Made by a program: the position numbers and the translations under genes. A stretch of 63,975 bases of DNA, counting the filler, from Jimgerdemannia flammicorona (lineage: Eukaryota), in the NCBI GenBank assembly GCA_003990765.1. It is 3 parts of 3 records of this genome, joined end to end, with 100 filler letters (N's around TTAATTAATTAA, not from the genome) between each part and the next. Parts side by side here need not be neighbours in the genome. Positions count along the whole stretch, not along the records: positions 1 to 21,260 come from RBNJ01001493.1; positions 21,361 to 42,619 come from RBNJ01001494.1; 1 more part is not named here. One strand, 5' to 3'. How positions within the stretch are numbered: the stretch's first letter is position 1; each line of letters starts with the position of its first letter. Below the pieces are notes generated by a model. It searched no databases, was not told the origin of the DNA, and was given only the letters and a program-made list of their open reading frames with translations. Shown in pieces: positions 12,901-25,702 of this stretch.

Positions 12901-13638
12901 TTATAATTCTGAGAGACAAAGCACAGTACTACAGCATCTTGGATCTATATTTTGTATTCCACCAAATTGGACTCACAGAAATAGCAAGTGAAAATCAGCC
13001 TTTATCACCTCAGATGGAACCTATATCTACTTGTGAATATCATTCAGAATGTACAATACCCCTGTAAGCTTCTAGTGAATGATGAACAAAATCTTCTACT
13101 ATGATATGGAAAAATGAATGATGGTTTATAAGAATGATGTTATCATCTATAGCAGGACAGCTGAAGAATATCTGCAGCATATTCAATAGATGATAGAGAA
13201 GCTGAGACAGTATGGTCTTTATATCAAGCCCAAGAAGTATAATTTTGTAGAAATTGAGATCATCTATCTCAGCTATATTATTAATCAAGAAGGAATACAT
13301 ACAGACCCTCTCAAGATATAAGTAGTAGCAGTATACCCAAGGCCTACTACTGTTACTGAAGCCCAAGCCTTCATGGGGCTGGCCTCATACATATTACCAA
13401 TGATTTATCAGAGGATTCTCCAATATTGCAGGCCCAATCTATGAACTCAACAAGAAGGATACTAAGTTCCAATAGACTGGCAGGCAATAAAAAGCATTCA
13501 ATGAGCTCAAGGTTAGACTGACCCAGGCACCCATCCTCAGAAGACCTGATTGAACTTAAGAATTTATCCTGCAGACAGATATAAGTACTCAGAGACTAGG
13601 AGCAATTCTAGCTCAAAAGAAAGATAAAGTAGAGTATG
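9990..13638 (+). mobile_element. Ty3/Gypsy family E: LTR end/PBS, gag, PR, dUTPase, RT, start of RNase H; truncated by LTR A
   Basis: TATTACA-ACT-TGGTAC at 9991-10006. CYTCGEEGHYSYEC zinc knuckle ~10891. Protease C-half ~11500-11680. RT motifs SPWSS.VV..K, RLCIDYRKLN. FILQTD at ~13562. Confidence 0.85.
12040..12435 (+). pseudogene. dUTPase domain (family E), between PR and RT
   Basis: TGLEMIIP, SSLA, GEVINFNYIGEI and ETERERKKFGS are decayed trimeric dUTPase motifs. Confidence 0.75.
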
Positions 13639-15699
13639 TATAAGAGGGTTACTTTTTAGGGTAGCCATTACATAGTTCTAGAAGGGTTTTCTGGAGGTTC
13701 CGGATATTCTGGAAGACTGTTTTCTTATGGTCAAGATCAATTTCGTATGGAGTACATCCTCTATGATTATTGATTTTAAGATTGGGTTGACATCTCAACC
13801 AAAGTCCTTTTTTTGGACTAGTTCTGGATGTTCAGGATTTTCTGTATTTCAGGAAGTTCAAGAAACTAAGACCAGCTTAGTTGAATCAGCGTATTGCTGC
13901 AGACAATACCCAATTAGGAAATTTCATGATGGGGTTAGGAGTGGGACCTAATGGGGAGTGGCTTTACTTAAGAGTGGTTTGTGGGTTATTAAATAGGTTT
14001 ATTCGCTATTCATGATATGCTATACTAAGAGTAGTTGTGTGAAGGGATATTGTGGGGAAGTGTTTAGGAATATTCTTATATGTTCGAGTCAGAGATTCTG
14101 AGGTCTGGGGGAGGGGGTATTTATACTAGTGAGGGGCTATCTGGACTATACTAGATATGGATGTAGTACTAAGTACTTTGTTGAGTCGGAATGCAGTCAT
14201 GTAGTACAAGTATGATCTGACATGTCAAGAGATCGTCTGACTGCTGAGTCAGTTCACAGTCATGTCATATAAGGCTAATCTAACTATACTATGACTGCTA
14301 GGCTATTTATGAGTTTAGGTGCTGTCTGGGTAGTTCTCGATGACATCACTATCAATTGCATTATCTCTAATAAAGTAGTCATCTAGGAAGAGTGGTTCGC
14401 AGATTACTTCTCCTTGTTCACTGAGGTAATAATACATTAGAACTTCATCACCATCCCACAGGATAGCATTGTCTGTCTCATATGCTGGATATGGTATTGG
14501 TGGGCGAAGGAGGGGTGCATCATCTTCACTTTCATCAGATTTGCTATCTGCATACCTTCTGTAGGTAACAGCACTATAAGTCATGGGGTTGTAGTAAGCT
14601 GGTGGCTGTGGTTCATGTCGCTCATACTCAGGTGGTGGAGTGGTTGGTTCAATCTCGAGAGTTGTCTGAAGGTACAGGTTATGTTCTCTGGTCTCTTCAT
14701 TGTAGTTGAAGTAATCGGGGGTGAATGCTGGTTGGTATTCATGCTAGTGGTCATTGTCCCAATAAGTCTCATATGCTGTTATGAATTGTTGTAAGTTCAT
14801 CAGCAAGGTTGGTGGTGTGATCAGGGTTGGCAGAGATCCTTGGCTAGAGGTCATATCAGTATCAGAGGGATCATTATCTTCTGCTTCATCTTCATCGAAG
14901 TGGATTATATCGTTGATGTCCTTCATAGTATATCCAACTTGGGGCATTTGCAGGATATGATCATTGGGATGTGTGAAGGTTCTGTCTGTGGTTTCGACAT
15001 ACTCGAGGTACTTGTGGTTGAGTTCTTGTATCATATCATCGATTTGGCCATAGGACAGGGTAGCAACCATTTCAGCTGTAGTAACTCAGAGGCAGGGAAT
15101 AACAGTGCTATACTCATAGAAGAGTTCTCAATGTTTGCAGGCAATGAGCTTCTGATGTTGAGACATCTGGATAATATCTGTATTGTGGTAGTGTTTGATT
15201 ATGTCTTCCAGGAGGCAGCTGATCTGGTAGTAGCTTGAGATTTGTCTGATTCAGTGGACCTCGCTAAGCATGTTCAGAGCATTCCATCAGGCTTCCATGA
15301 AGTAGAGGGGTGCTAGGCTATGGATATTCATAAGGGCAGAGGGGGTGTGGCTCAGTTGACAATGGCATTCCAAATGTCGGTGCAGATATGGGTGTAGATC
15401 TCAGTGGTCATGTTTGTGTGTCTGGAAGTTGTGGTTGTTATTTGTTTTGGTTCTCTGATTTGATGCATCTCAGTGCTCGGTATATATGCATTTGGTCCTG
15501 ATTGGTAAGATTCTGTTTATGTAAATCTTGTATTCTGTGACTTCATATTGACTCAGCTTTGTGTACTGTGACTTCAGTTTGACTCAGCTTCATGATCAAG
15601 CAGGTGATTTCTAGATTTGTTCAGAGGTCATGTGTGATTTCAGTGGCTTGTTCAGAGGGTGACATGTAATTTCATTGGCTTGGAGGTTGTGCACTTACA
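13639..15699 (-). repeat. LTR family A, copy 1 (2061 bp, 3' LTR)
   Basis: T(A/G)TAAG...CTTACA termini. PPT (actctccccttctt) abuts at 15700. Core TATA ~14117-14125. Four copies in the window. Confidence 0.9.
14315..15411 (-). pseudogene. LTR-A embedded accessory ORF (consensus 365 aa)
   Basis: Track fragments MTT.IYTHI, MVATLSYGQ and MTYSAVTY join into one frame when copies 1-3 are compared. Stops are CGA>TGA or TGG>TAG type. One 1-bp deletion in this copy. Confidence 0.8.
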
Positions 15700-17420
15700 A
15701 CTCTCCCCTTCTTAGCTTTCGATGTCCTCATCAGGGCCTTCTAATTTTGTTCAGTGATACAGGGAGAATAGGCTTGCTTTCAGTTTCACCCTTTTTCCAG
15801 AGAGTCAGTATTCTTATCTTGTTTTGCTGAGTTCTTGGTTTGGTTTGCAATAATTATAATGTTTGGGAGAATAATATATAGTATGTATGGATAGGTGCAG
15901 AATATTTGGTTCTAGTTGTTCAAGGAATCATATTCCTGAACTAGGTCAGTAGCATTCTGGAGATTGGTCTTGGGTTCTCAGATTGCATCATGGATTAGGT
16001 AACCTTTCCATTTGACAAGGTACTCAGGATGGTTCTTGTTGCCATGTTTGTTGAGGATTTGTTCAACTTCATATTCTTCTTGATCATTAATAATGATAGG
16101 TGCAGGTGTTTTGGTGGTCCAGTTTGGAAATAGCTCATCATCATTCTCATTGTATCACTTGAGACGTTGGACATTAAAGACTGGGTGAATCTTAATAGTG
16201 TCTGGTAGCGTCAGTTTGTAGGAGGTAGGAGAGACTTGTGTGATGACTTCAAATGGTCCAAAGAACTTACTGTTCAGCTTTGTAGATGGTCTGTGCTTGA
16301 GGTTGTCAACTCAGTATCCTCTGATGTCCAGTAAAACTTTTTCTCCAATATCAAAGGTTTCTTCTTAGCAGTGTTGGTTAATATACTGTGACTGTTTTTC
16401 TTGAGCTCATGATAAATTCTCGATTGCAATCTGGCTTAGATTACGCATTCGGAGTAGGAATTCTTCAACAGCTTCAACTGTAGAGAGTTCTTCAGTGGTA
16501 TGGATAAGTGTTAAAGGGGTGTTTGGGTTTTGTCCAGTGTTGGCGAAGAATGGGGTCATTCCAAGAGAGGCTTGCTTGCTGTTGTTGTATGCAAACTCAA
16601 CTGCAGTGAGGTGTTCATACCAGTTATCTTGTCTGTAGGAAAAATAGTTCCTTAGCATTTGTTCCAGAGTTCGGTTCATTCTTTCAGTTTAGTCATCAGT
16701 TTCTGGGTGAAAAGCTGTAGATAGTGCAAATTTTGTTCCAAGGTATATATGGAGGGCTTTCCAAAATGGCTGGTGAATTTCGGGTCTCAGTCACTAATGA
16801 TGATCTTTAGAAGACCATGGTAGTGGAAGATGTTGTCAAACAAGAGTGTGGCTATGTCTGGTGCTGTTGCAGTAGTAGTAGTAGGCACAAAGTGGACTTG
16901 TTTACTGAGATAGTCCACAAAGATGACAATTGCATCTTTTCCATTCTTGGTTCAGGGTAATTGTACAATGAAGTCCATAGAGATTTGTTCCCAATTAGCA
17001 GATGGTACTGGGATAGGGTGAAGTAAGCCAGGATTTGCTAGTGTTGAGGACTTATTTCATTGGCAGACATCACAGAAAGTGATGTAGGTTTTGAGCTAAT
17101 CTGCCATATGGGGCCAATAGAAGTTTCGGGAGATAACTTCATAACATTTATCAAATCCTAAATGTCCAGCTGTAGGGGTATCATAACATTCAAATAGGAT
17201 AGTCCTTCGGAGGTCTCAGTTGTTTGGGACATATAGTCTGTCTTTGTAGTAGATAGTATTGTTCTTCAGCTGGTATTGATGATACCGTGTATGCTTGTCA
17301 GCATCATCACTATTCAGGATTTCTTGCAGTGCTTGAGCTTCCTTATCATCGGCACATGCTGTGATAATTTGTTCCATGATAGAGTTTGTGACCAAGGTGA
17401 GAGTTTGGATAACCTCTTCA
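15700..17420 (-). mobile_element. Family A integrase + chromodomain fragment
   Basis: [28 protein letters not shown] and EYEVEQIL..YLVKWKGY motifs. Confidence 0.9.
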
Positions 17421-19481
17421 TATAAGAGGGTTACTTTTTAGGGTAGCCATTATGTAGTTCTAGAAGGGTTTTCTGGAGGTTTCGGATATTCTGAAAGACC
17501 GTTTTCATATGGTCAAGATCAATTTCATATGGAGTACATTCTCTATGCTTATTAATTTCAAGATCGGGTTGATGTTTCAACCAAAGTCCTTTTTTTGCAC
17601 TAGTTCTGGATGTTCAGGATTTTCCATATTTCAGGAAGTTCAAGAAACTAAGACCAGCTTAGTTGAATCAGTGTATTGCTGCAGACAATACCCAATTAGG
17701 AAATTTCATGATGGGGTTAGGAGTGGGACCTAATGGAGAGTGGCTTTACTTAAGAGTGATTTGTAAGTTATTAAATAGGTTTATTTACTATTCATGATAT
17801 ACTATACTAGGAGTAGTTGTGTAAGGGGATATTGTGGGGAAGTATTCAGGAATATTCTTGTGTGATTGAGTCTGAGATTCTGAGGTCTGGGGGAGGGGGT
17901 ATTTATACTAGTGAGGGGCTATCTGGACTATGCTAAATATGGATGTAGCACTAAGTGCTTTGTTGAGTCGGAATGCAGTCATGTAGTACAAGTATGATCT
18001 GATATGTCAAGAGATCATGTGACTACTGAGTCAGTTCACAGTCATGTCATACAAGGCTAATCTAACTATACTATGACTACTAGGCTATTTATGGGTTTAG
18101 ATACTGTCTGAGTAGTCCTTGATGACATCACTATCAATTGCATCATCTCTGATAAAGTAGTTATCTAGGAAGAGTGGTTCGCAGATTACTTCTCCTTGTT
18201 CACTGAGGTAATAATATATTGGAACTTCATCACCATCCTACAGGATAGTATCATCTGTCTCATATGCTGGATATGGTGTTAGTGGGTAAAGGAGGGATAC
18301 ATCATCTTCACTTTCATCAGATTCGCTGTCTGCATACCTTCTATAGGTTACAGCACTATGAGTCATGGGGTTGTAGTAAGCTGGTGGCTGTGGTTCATAT
18401 CACTCATACTCAGGTGGTAGAGTGGTTGGTTCAATCTCAAGGGTTGTCTGAAGGTACAGGTTATGTTTTCCAGTCTCTTCATTGTATTGAAGTAATTGGG
18501 GGTGAATGCTGGTTGATATTCATGCCAGTGGTCATTGTCCCAATAAGTCTCATATGCTGTTATGAATTGTTGTAAGTTCATTGGCAAGGTTGGCAGTATG
18601 ATCAGGGTTCACAGAGATCCTTGGCTAGAGGTCATATTGGCATCAGAGGGATCATTATCTTCTGCTTCATCTTCATCGAAGTGGATTATATTGTAGATGT
18701 CCTTCATGGCATATCCAACTTGGGGCATTTGCAGGATATGATCATTGGGGTGTGGGAAGGTTCTGTCTGTGGTTTCAACATACTCGAGGTACTTGTGGTT
18801 GAGTTCTTGTATCATGTTGTCGATTTGGCCATAGGACAGGGTAGCAACCATTTCGGCTGTGGTAACTTGGAGGTGGGGAATAACAGTGCTATACTCATAG
18901 AAGAGTTCTCAATGTTTGCAGGCAATAAGCTTCTGATTTTGAGACATCTGGGTAATGTCTGTATCATGGTGGTGTTTGATTATGTCTTTCAGGAGGTGGC
19001 TGATCTGGTTGTAGCTTGAGATTTGTCTAATTCAGTGGACCTTGCTAAGTATGTTCAGAGCATTCCATTGGGCTTCCACAAAGTAGAGGGGTGCTAGGCT
19101 ATGGATATTCATGAGGGGCAGAGGGGGTGTGGCTTGGTTGACAATGGCATTCCAAATGTCAGCACGGATATGGGTGTAGATCTTGGTGGTCATGTTTGTG
19201 TGTCTAGAAGTTGTAGTTATTGTTTGTTTTGGTTCTCTGATTTGACGCATCCCAGTGCTCGGTATATATGCATTTGGTCCTGATTGGTAAGATTCTGTTT
19301 GTATAAATCTTGTGTTCTGTGACTTCCTATTGACTCAGCTTTGTGTGCTGTAACTTCAGTTTGACTCAGCTTCATGATTGAGCAGGTGATTTCCAGATTT
19401 GTTCAGAGCTTGCGTGTGATTTCAGTGGCTTGTTCAGAGGGTGACTTGTAATTTTGGTGGCTTGGAGTTTGTGCATTTACA
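17421..19481 (-). repeat. LTR family A, copy 2 (2061 bp), with embedded ORF at 18097-19193
   Basis: Colinear with copy 1, with the same termini and PPT. Confidence 0.9.
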
Positions 19482-21240
19482 ACTCTCTCCTTCTTAGCTT
19501 TTGATATTCTCATCAGGGCCTTCTAATTTGTTCAGTGATACAGAGAGAATAGGCTTGCTTTCAGTTTTGCCCTTTTTCCAGAGGGTCAGTATTCTTGTCT
19601 TGTTTTACTGAGTTCTTGGTTTGATTTGCAATAATTATAATATTCAGAAGGATAATATATAGTATGTATGGATAGGTGTGGAATATTTGATTCTAGTTGT
19701 TTAAGGAATTATATTCCTGAACTAGGTTGGTAGCATTCTGGAGATTGGTCTTGGGTTCCCAGGTTGCATTGTGGATCAGGTAACCTTTCCATTTGACAAG
19801 GTACTCAGGATGGTTCTTGTTGCCATGTTTGTTGAGTATTTGTTCAACTTCATATTCTCCTTAGTCATTAATAATGACAGGTGAAGGTGGTTTGGTGGTC
19901 CAGTTTGGAAATAGCTCATCATCATTCTCATTGTATCGCTTGAGACGTTGGACATTAAAGACTGGGTGAATCTTAATGATATCTGGTAGTGTCAGTTTGT
20001 AGGAGGTAGAAGAGACTTGTGCGATGACTTCAAATGGTCTAATGAACTTGCTGTTCAGCTTTATAGATGGTCTGTGCTTGAGGTTGTCAACTCAGTATCC
20101 TCTGATGTCCAGTAGAACTTTTTCTCCAATATCAAAGGTTTCTTCTCAGTAGTATTGGTTAACATACTGTGACTGTTGCTCTTGAGCTCGTGATAAATTC
20201 TCGATTGCAATCTGGCTTAGATTGTGCATTCGGAGTAGGAATTCTTCAACAGCTTCAACTGTGGAGGGTTCTTCAGTAGTACAGATAAGTGTTAAAGGGG
20301 TGTTTGGGTTTTATCCAGTGTTGGCGAAGAATGGGGTCATTCCAAGAGAGGCTTGCTTGCTGTTGTTATAAGCAAACTCAACTGCAGTGAGGTGTTCATG
20401 CCAGTCATCTTGTCTGTAGGAAACATAGTTCCTTAGCATTTGTTCCAGAGTTCAGTTCATTCTTTCAGTTTGGCCATCAGTTTCCAGGTGAAAGGCTGTG
20501 GATAGTACAAGTTTTGTTCCATGGTGTATATGGAGGACTTTCCAAAAATGGCTGGTGAATTTCACATCTCAGTCACTAATGATGATCTTGGGAAGACCAT
20601 GGTAGTGGAAGATATTGTCAAACAAGAGTGTGGCTATGTCTGGTGCTGTTGCAGTAGTGGTAGTAGGCACAAAGTGGGCTTGTTTGCTGAGATAGTCCAC
20701 AAAGATGACAATTGCATCTTTCCTGTTCTTGGTTTGGAGTAATTGTACAATGAAGTCCATAGAGATTTGTTCCCAATTAGCAGATGGTACTGGGATAGGG
20801 TGAAGTAAGCTGGGTTTTGCTAGTGTTGAGGACTTGTTTCGTTGGCAGGCATCACAGGAAGTGATATAGGTTTTGAGCTGATCTGCCATGTAGGGCCAAT
20901 AGAAGTTTCGGGAGATAACTTCATAACATTTATCAAATCCTAAATGTCCAGCTGTAGGAGCATCATGACATTCAAATAGGATAGTCCTTTGGCCATCTTG
21001 GTTGTTTGGGACATACAGTCTGTCTTGTAGTAGATAGCATTTTCCTTCAGTTGGTTTTGATGATACTATGTATGCTTGTCAGCATCATCACTATTCAGGA
21101 TTTCTTGCAGTGCTTGAGCTTCCTTATCATTGGCACATGCTATGATAATTTGTTCCATGATGGAGTTTGTAACCAAGGTGAGAGTTTGGATAATCTCTTC
21201 GATTGGTGGTTTGGAGATTGCATTGGCAATAATATTTTCC
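19482..21240 (-). mobile_element. Family A integrase + chromodomain fragment, copy 2
   Basis: Colinear with 15700-17420. CDACQRNK zinc-binding motif. Ends at a poly-T tract. Confidence 0.9.
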
Positions 21241-21260
21241 TTTTTTTTTTTTTTTTTTTT

Positions 21261-21360
21261 NNNNNNNNNNNNNNNNNNNNNNNNNNNNNNNNNNNNNNNN
21301 NNNNTTAATTAATTAANNNNNNNNNNNNNNNNNNNNNNNNNNNNNNNNNNNNNNNNNNNN
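21261..21360. other. Artificial contig linker
   Basis: N44-TTAATTAATTAA-N44, giving stop codons in all six frames. Confidence 0.95.
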
Positions 21361-21705
21361 CCGGTACCTTCCCCCCTCTCAGCCAGCTCTCCAGTCCAGC
21401 TCCTTGCTGACCCCCCTTCATCTTCTCTGCAAAGCTCACCCTGCCAGACCCTTGACCTCCAGCTCTGCCCCCTCCTCCACAACGGCCTCCCACCAGCAGG
21501 CCCCTCATACTTCCCCCCAAGCTGGGGCCTCTCCCCACTTGCTGCCATTCAAACACTCCAGGGCCACCCTGCCCAGTATGCACCTCTGGATGCTCGTTGG
21601 TCGCCATGATACTAGTAGCTTTTCTCCAGAAACTGTGTCGAAAGTATTGCTAAAAGATTGTGTAATCTGAATGTTACCGGAGAAAAAAGCCTTGTCCTTC
21701 AACCT
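21361..21705 (-). mobile_element. L1/Tx1-like LINE 5' end (5'UTR + ORF1 start)
   Basis: MATNEHPEVHTGQGGPGVFEWQ..SFAEKMK is homologous to the ORF1 starts at 63577 and ~47550. Confidence 0.8.
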
Positions 21706-21708
21706 TAT

Positions 21709-21850
21709 CTATAATATCTCTTATTTCTATCCCTTGCTTATTCTTTGGATACTTAGGAAAATAAGGTATTACTTAGAGACTTAGTATATAATGTATACCA
21801 AGAAGCATTCAGTTTGAGGAAGCACTCACTTGAAAGTAGTTATAGTGGCA

Positions 21851-21852
<2 letters not shown>
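21709..21852 (-). repeat. Terminal fragment of a family B-like LTR
   Basis: Similar to 41040-41182. Confidence 0.75.
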
Positions 21853-21913
<61 letters not shown>

Positions 21914-24178
21914 GTCACTTGGACTCTGCTATTTATTACCAGTCTATTAATAAGTTTACAGTATATCCTCCAAATACCCAATCCCCATAAGGGGGCCACT
22001 CCCCACATCCTCACGAACAAAGACTACTCTCTCACCCATGACTCCCACCCTCCCTCTACTCTGCCTACAGATTTTCTCCACCAAATGACACCTTCAATCA
22101 TCCTACAACCCCCAACCAAGCCACCAGCCTGTCAAGGTGTCTTCTATAAGGCTACACCACTGCAGCAGCCTGACCTCTAAGTCAAGTCTCCTCCTATCCT
22201 CAAAAACAAATAACCAGTGACTGGTCAGCTCTATTCAAATGGCCAAAGCCCAGCCTAATGTAAGCCATTCCTTCCCCACCCCCCTACCAATCTATCCCTC
22301 AAATCCTCCCACTGCCTCTGCATGCCAGCTCCCCTACAAACTACCTCCAAATGATCCCTGATGGTCTGCCAAAAGGTACTAAGTACCTCACACTCTCCTA
22401 GCCAATGTTCAGGCATCTGTATATATCTCCCTTATTGCTCTACATTATAACACTCTCTATAGTCAAAGCAACCTCTCTTGATAACGTGACCTAAGTGGAA
22501 GTTGAGCATGATATTTTGCCTCAGTATACACCACCAGGCCACCCAGTACTTTGGTAGCATCCACCTCCTCACCTCAGCACTCCAGGCCCAAATGCTATAC
22601 TAGTCCCACTCCTTGCCAATTCCTACTCCTTGCCAACTGCTAGGCCACAGATCCTGGCCTGGTTCCTATTAACATTCAATCCAATCACTAATATCAAACT
22701 CAATTAGGGAAATGCTGCCCAACAACACTCAGTCCCATCTCCACATTGCTGGGTCCCAAGCCACCTTCTCTTTATTTCCCTGCTATCTAATTCCAATGCA
22801 GTGCACCCCCTACCAGAAGCCTTTGTATCACAATTGTTCAGTATTCTGAAGGCCAATAAATGCTAGGAGATTACCAGTCAAACCTCTAGGTGAGGATCTC
22901 ATCTCTCAGACTTTCTGCAATAGGGGGACCCAACCTCCCCCTCTCAACTCTACTGCTCTCTTCAGCCACCATGCTCTCAAGCAGTGCAGCCTCTTAGAAA
23001 AGTCAACCAGCCCAAGTTCACTCCTTGCCACCAGTAAGGATAAGACTTTCCAGCTAATCTGACTCTGTCTTTCAGCCCAGATCCACCCCTTGGCCAGCTT
23101 CATCAATCACTTCACCACCCAAGCTGAGAAGTCCAGATGATAAGCCAGATACTACAACTTTGGCAGCCAATAGATATTCAGAATAGAAACATGCCCTGTC
23201 AGAGATAATTGGCGACCCCCCCAACTCTACAGGGCATCCTTCCAGATTCCAACCTACTGTTCTCACCAAAGTCTGGATAAAACTGACCCATATATCAACA
23301 GATAAATACCCAAGTACTGTACCAGCAGGGATGATGGTTCCAATAATCTCCCCTCCCACCAGACTATTGCCTAACACCATTGTTTTACACTTATGCCAAT
23401 TAAGCTTGACCCCTGAGTTCTCCTCATACTACTCCACTGTTTCCTTGAGCTTTTCAACATCTGCAATTGATCCTAGGCCAACCACCATGTCATCTGCAAA
23501 GGCTTCTACTTTCCACCCAATGCCAATGATAGAGAGCTCCACTATCTTCCACCTGATTCTGTCTACGAAGGGCTCCAGAGAAAGTGCATATAAAATGGGG
23601 GACAGTGGGTCCCCCTGGGGCACCCCCCTACCCAGAGGAAACACTACCCCTCTGTGTCCATTACATATAAGCACAGCCCTACTTCCTTTTAGTAATCTGA
23701 CCATGGCTGACCTGAACTTGTGTGGGACCCCAATCCTATCTAATACTTTTGCCAGCCAGACCCACTGCACCCAGTCATAAGCCTTCTCCTGGTCCAGAAA
23801 AACCAGTCACCCATCCAGTCCACTGGCTCATGCCCCTTCAATAACTCCATGAATCTAGGCAGTACCATCCCTAATGAGCCAGCCTCCCACAAAGCCCCTC
23901 TGCTCAACACCCAAGACTTGCTGGGCCACCTTTTGTATCCTTGCAATCACCATCTTGGTAACCAACTTTCTATCCATATCCAGCAATATAATCAGCCTCC
24001 AGTTCTTCCAGTCCTCTCACCTTCCTTTGTTCTTGTAAAGCAATATCACCAGCCCCAGATCCTGTTCTCCCACCCATTTCCCTGTCTGAAGAATCCAATT
24101 ACACAGAGCCATCATCTCATCCAGTACTCCTGGAACTCCCACCATCTGCTTCCAGAAGTCCTAGGGCAGACCATCCTC
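21853..24178 (-). mobile_element. 5'-truncated L1/Tx1-like LINE (RT, C-terminal Zn finger, poly(A))
   Basis: RGVPQGDPLSP and AFADD motifs. Poly-T at 21853-21910. Confidence 0.9.
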
Positions 24179-24894
24179 TTACTTAGAGACTTAGTATACA
24201 ATGTATACCAAGAAGCCTTCAGTTTGAGGAAGCACTCACTTAAAAGTAAGTGTAGTGGCAGTGCCTTCTATTTCAAAGGTCTTTCTCTTGTGTCCTATTT
24301 CAAGGGCCTTGTTCTTTATTGTACACAGACTGAATTCACCTTGGAATTCAGATTCAATGGGTTTACTTAAGTCTTTGGGGATTTATATACCAGTCTCAGT
24401 TCTGGCAGAAGTTAGCTAGGCTTCTGGAGTTTAGTCAGAAACACTAGAGTCACTTAGATATCATTACTAAGACTCAGAGGAATGTGTATATGTGAGGGGA
24501 CTTGATTCTTGTATCAAGGACTGAACTAAAACTGCTTTATTTTGGATAGAAACTGGGGGGTATTTATACAAGTTGGTCGGTGATTTCTGACTAAGTATGA
24601 GTGACTAATTTGGTAACTATAATGAGGTTTGTGATCGCGACCTTAGTCAGGTGGTTTTTGGTAAAGAATATCTTTGTGATCCGGACCTCAATTACTAGGC
24701 AATGATTAGCAGCTGTGGCAACAGTTGCTGTAGTGCCAATTGTTGGGGATAAGCTAGATATCGTTTTCTGTGTCGTTTTGCATCATTCGCATCATTTGTC
24801 ATTCATATGTCATGCTTCGTTCATATGATGGATGTCATCACCATTGGGTTATGTGATCGCTCATCATGCCTCATTCTATTACATCCTTTCCTCC

Positions 24895-25702
24895 TTAGAA
24901 ATCAATGTCCTCATTGATTGAGAAATTGAGAACTAGCAGAGAGAAAGGTGGGGAATTCTGCTCAGGGTTGTTGGCATCTTCTTTAGTAGTAGGGGGGGTG
25001 GTGGTTGCTGATGGCTCACTGTCCAGGATGGAGAAGTTAATGAGGTCTGCAAATGGTTCTTGTATTGGGATAGGTGCTGGTGTAGGGGCCATCCAAGTAG
25101 GGTTCTTGGTTCTTGTGCCTGGGAATATCCATTCAGATAGGCAGTCCTTCAAAGAGGTCAGAGAGGACTTGGACCCATTGGTCAGGGTTGTCATTCAGGA
25201 GGGGGCTCCAGTAGGGTTTGCAGTCAGTGGACTTGAGGGTGATCTAGAAGTTGGCTTCTTGGGCTACCTTGATTTCTAGTTCATCAACCTCAAAGAAGGA
25301 GAGGATCTGGAAGTCCTTCAGTTGGACATAGTTGAGGTTGGGGATTGCAAAGAGTACATGATGCATGATTCGATGGACCTTCTTGGTAAGTATTTGCTCA
25401 CTCCCATCCAGGTGGGTCCAATCAGAGACTTGGTCCATGGGTAGGTCCTTTGCCCATTGGAGGAGTTAATGGCCAATCTCATATTCATGCCAGATCTCTA
25501 GGTGGCTGGTGGCAAGGTAGGCTCTTTCAATGACTTCATGGTCATTGAGGACATAATATCCTAGGTCCTGGCTGGAGAGGTCAAGGGCCTCTGAGTGGTA
25601 GTTCCTTCCTTGGATAGCCACCTGGATGTGTTCAAAGAGGTGCTCAACCTGGCTTGGGAGGGGCCAGCTATAGTGGGCAGTTTGGCAGCAAGTGGTAGGC
25701 AT
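24895..25702 (-). pseudogene. Family B accessory ORF (~269 aa) between pol and PPT
   Basis: In-frame fragments 25466-25702 and 25244-25438, then one frameshift into the 24895 frame. TATAAATA ~70 bp upstream. Homologous to 274-1083. Confidence 0.75.

Noticed and set aside
14840..15238. Plus-strand hydrophobic ORF repeated in LTR A copies (also 18621-19019), and ORFs 13727-13951 / 17509-17733
   Set aside because: Antisense shadows or chance ORFs in repeated DNA. They are broken in other copies and have no homologue in other families.
21305..21316. TTAATTAATTAA palindrome within N runs (also 42664-42675)
   Set aside because: Identical 100-bp linker twice with stops in all frames: an assembly artefact. 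Adjacency across it is not biological evidence.
21769..24262. An ~84-bp giant TSD around the LINE at 21853-24178
   Set aside because: The two LTR segments differ by transversions and the left one looks like another subfamily. Rearrangement between related LTRs is as likely.
24895..25702. env gene (ORF in the env position)
   Set aside because: No evident signal peptide, transmembrane anchor or furin/fusion motif.
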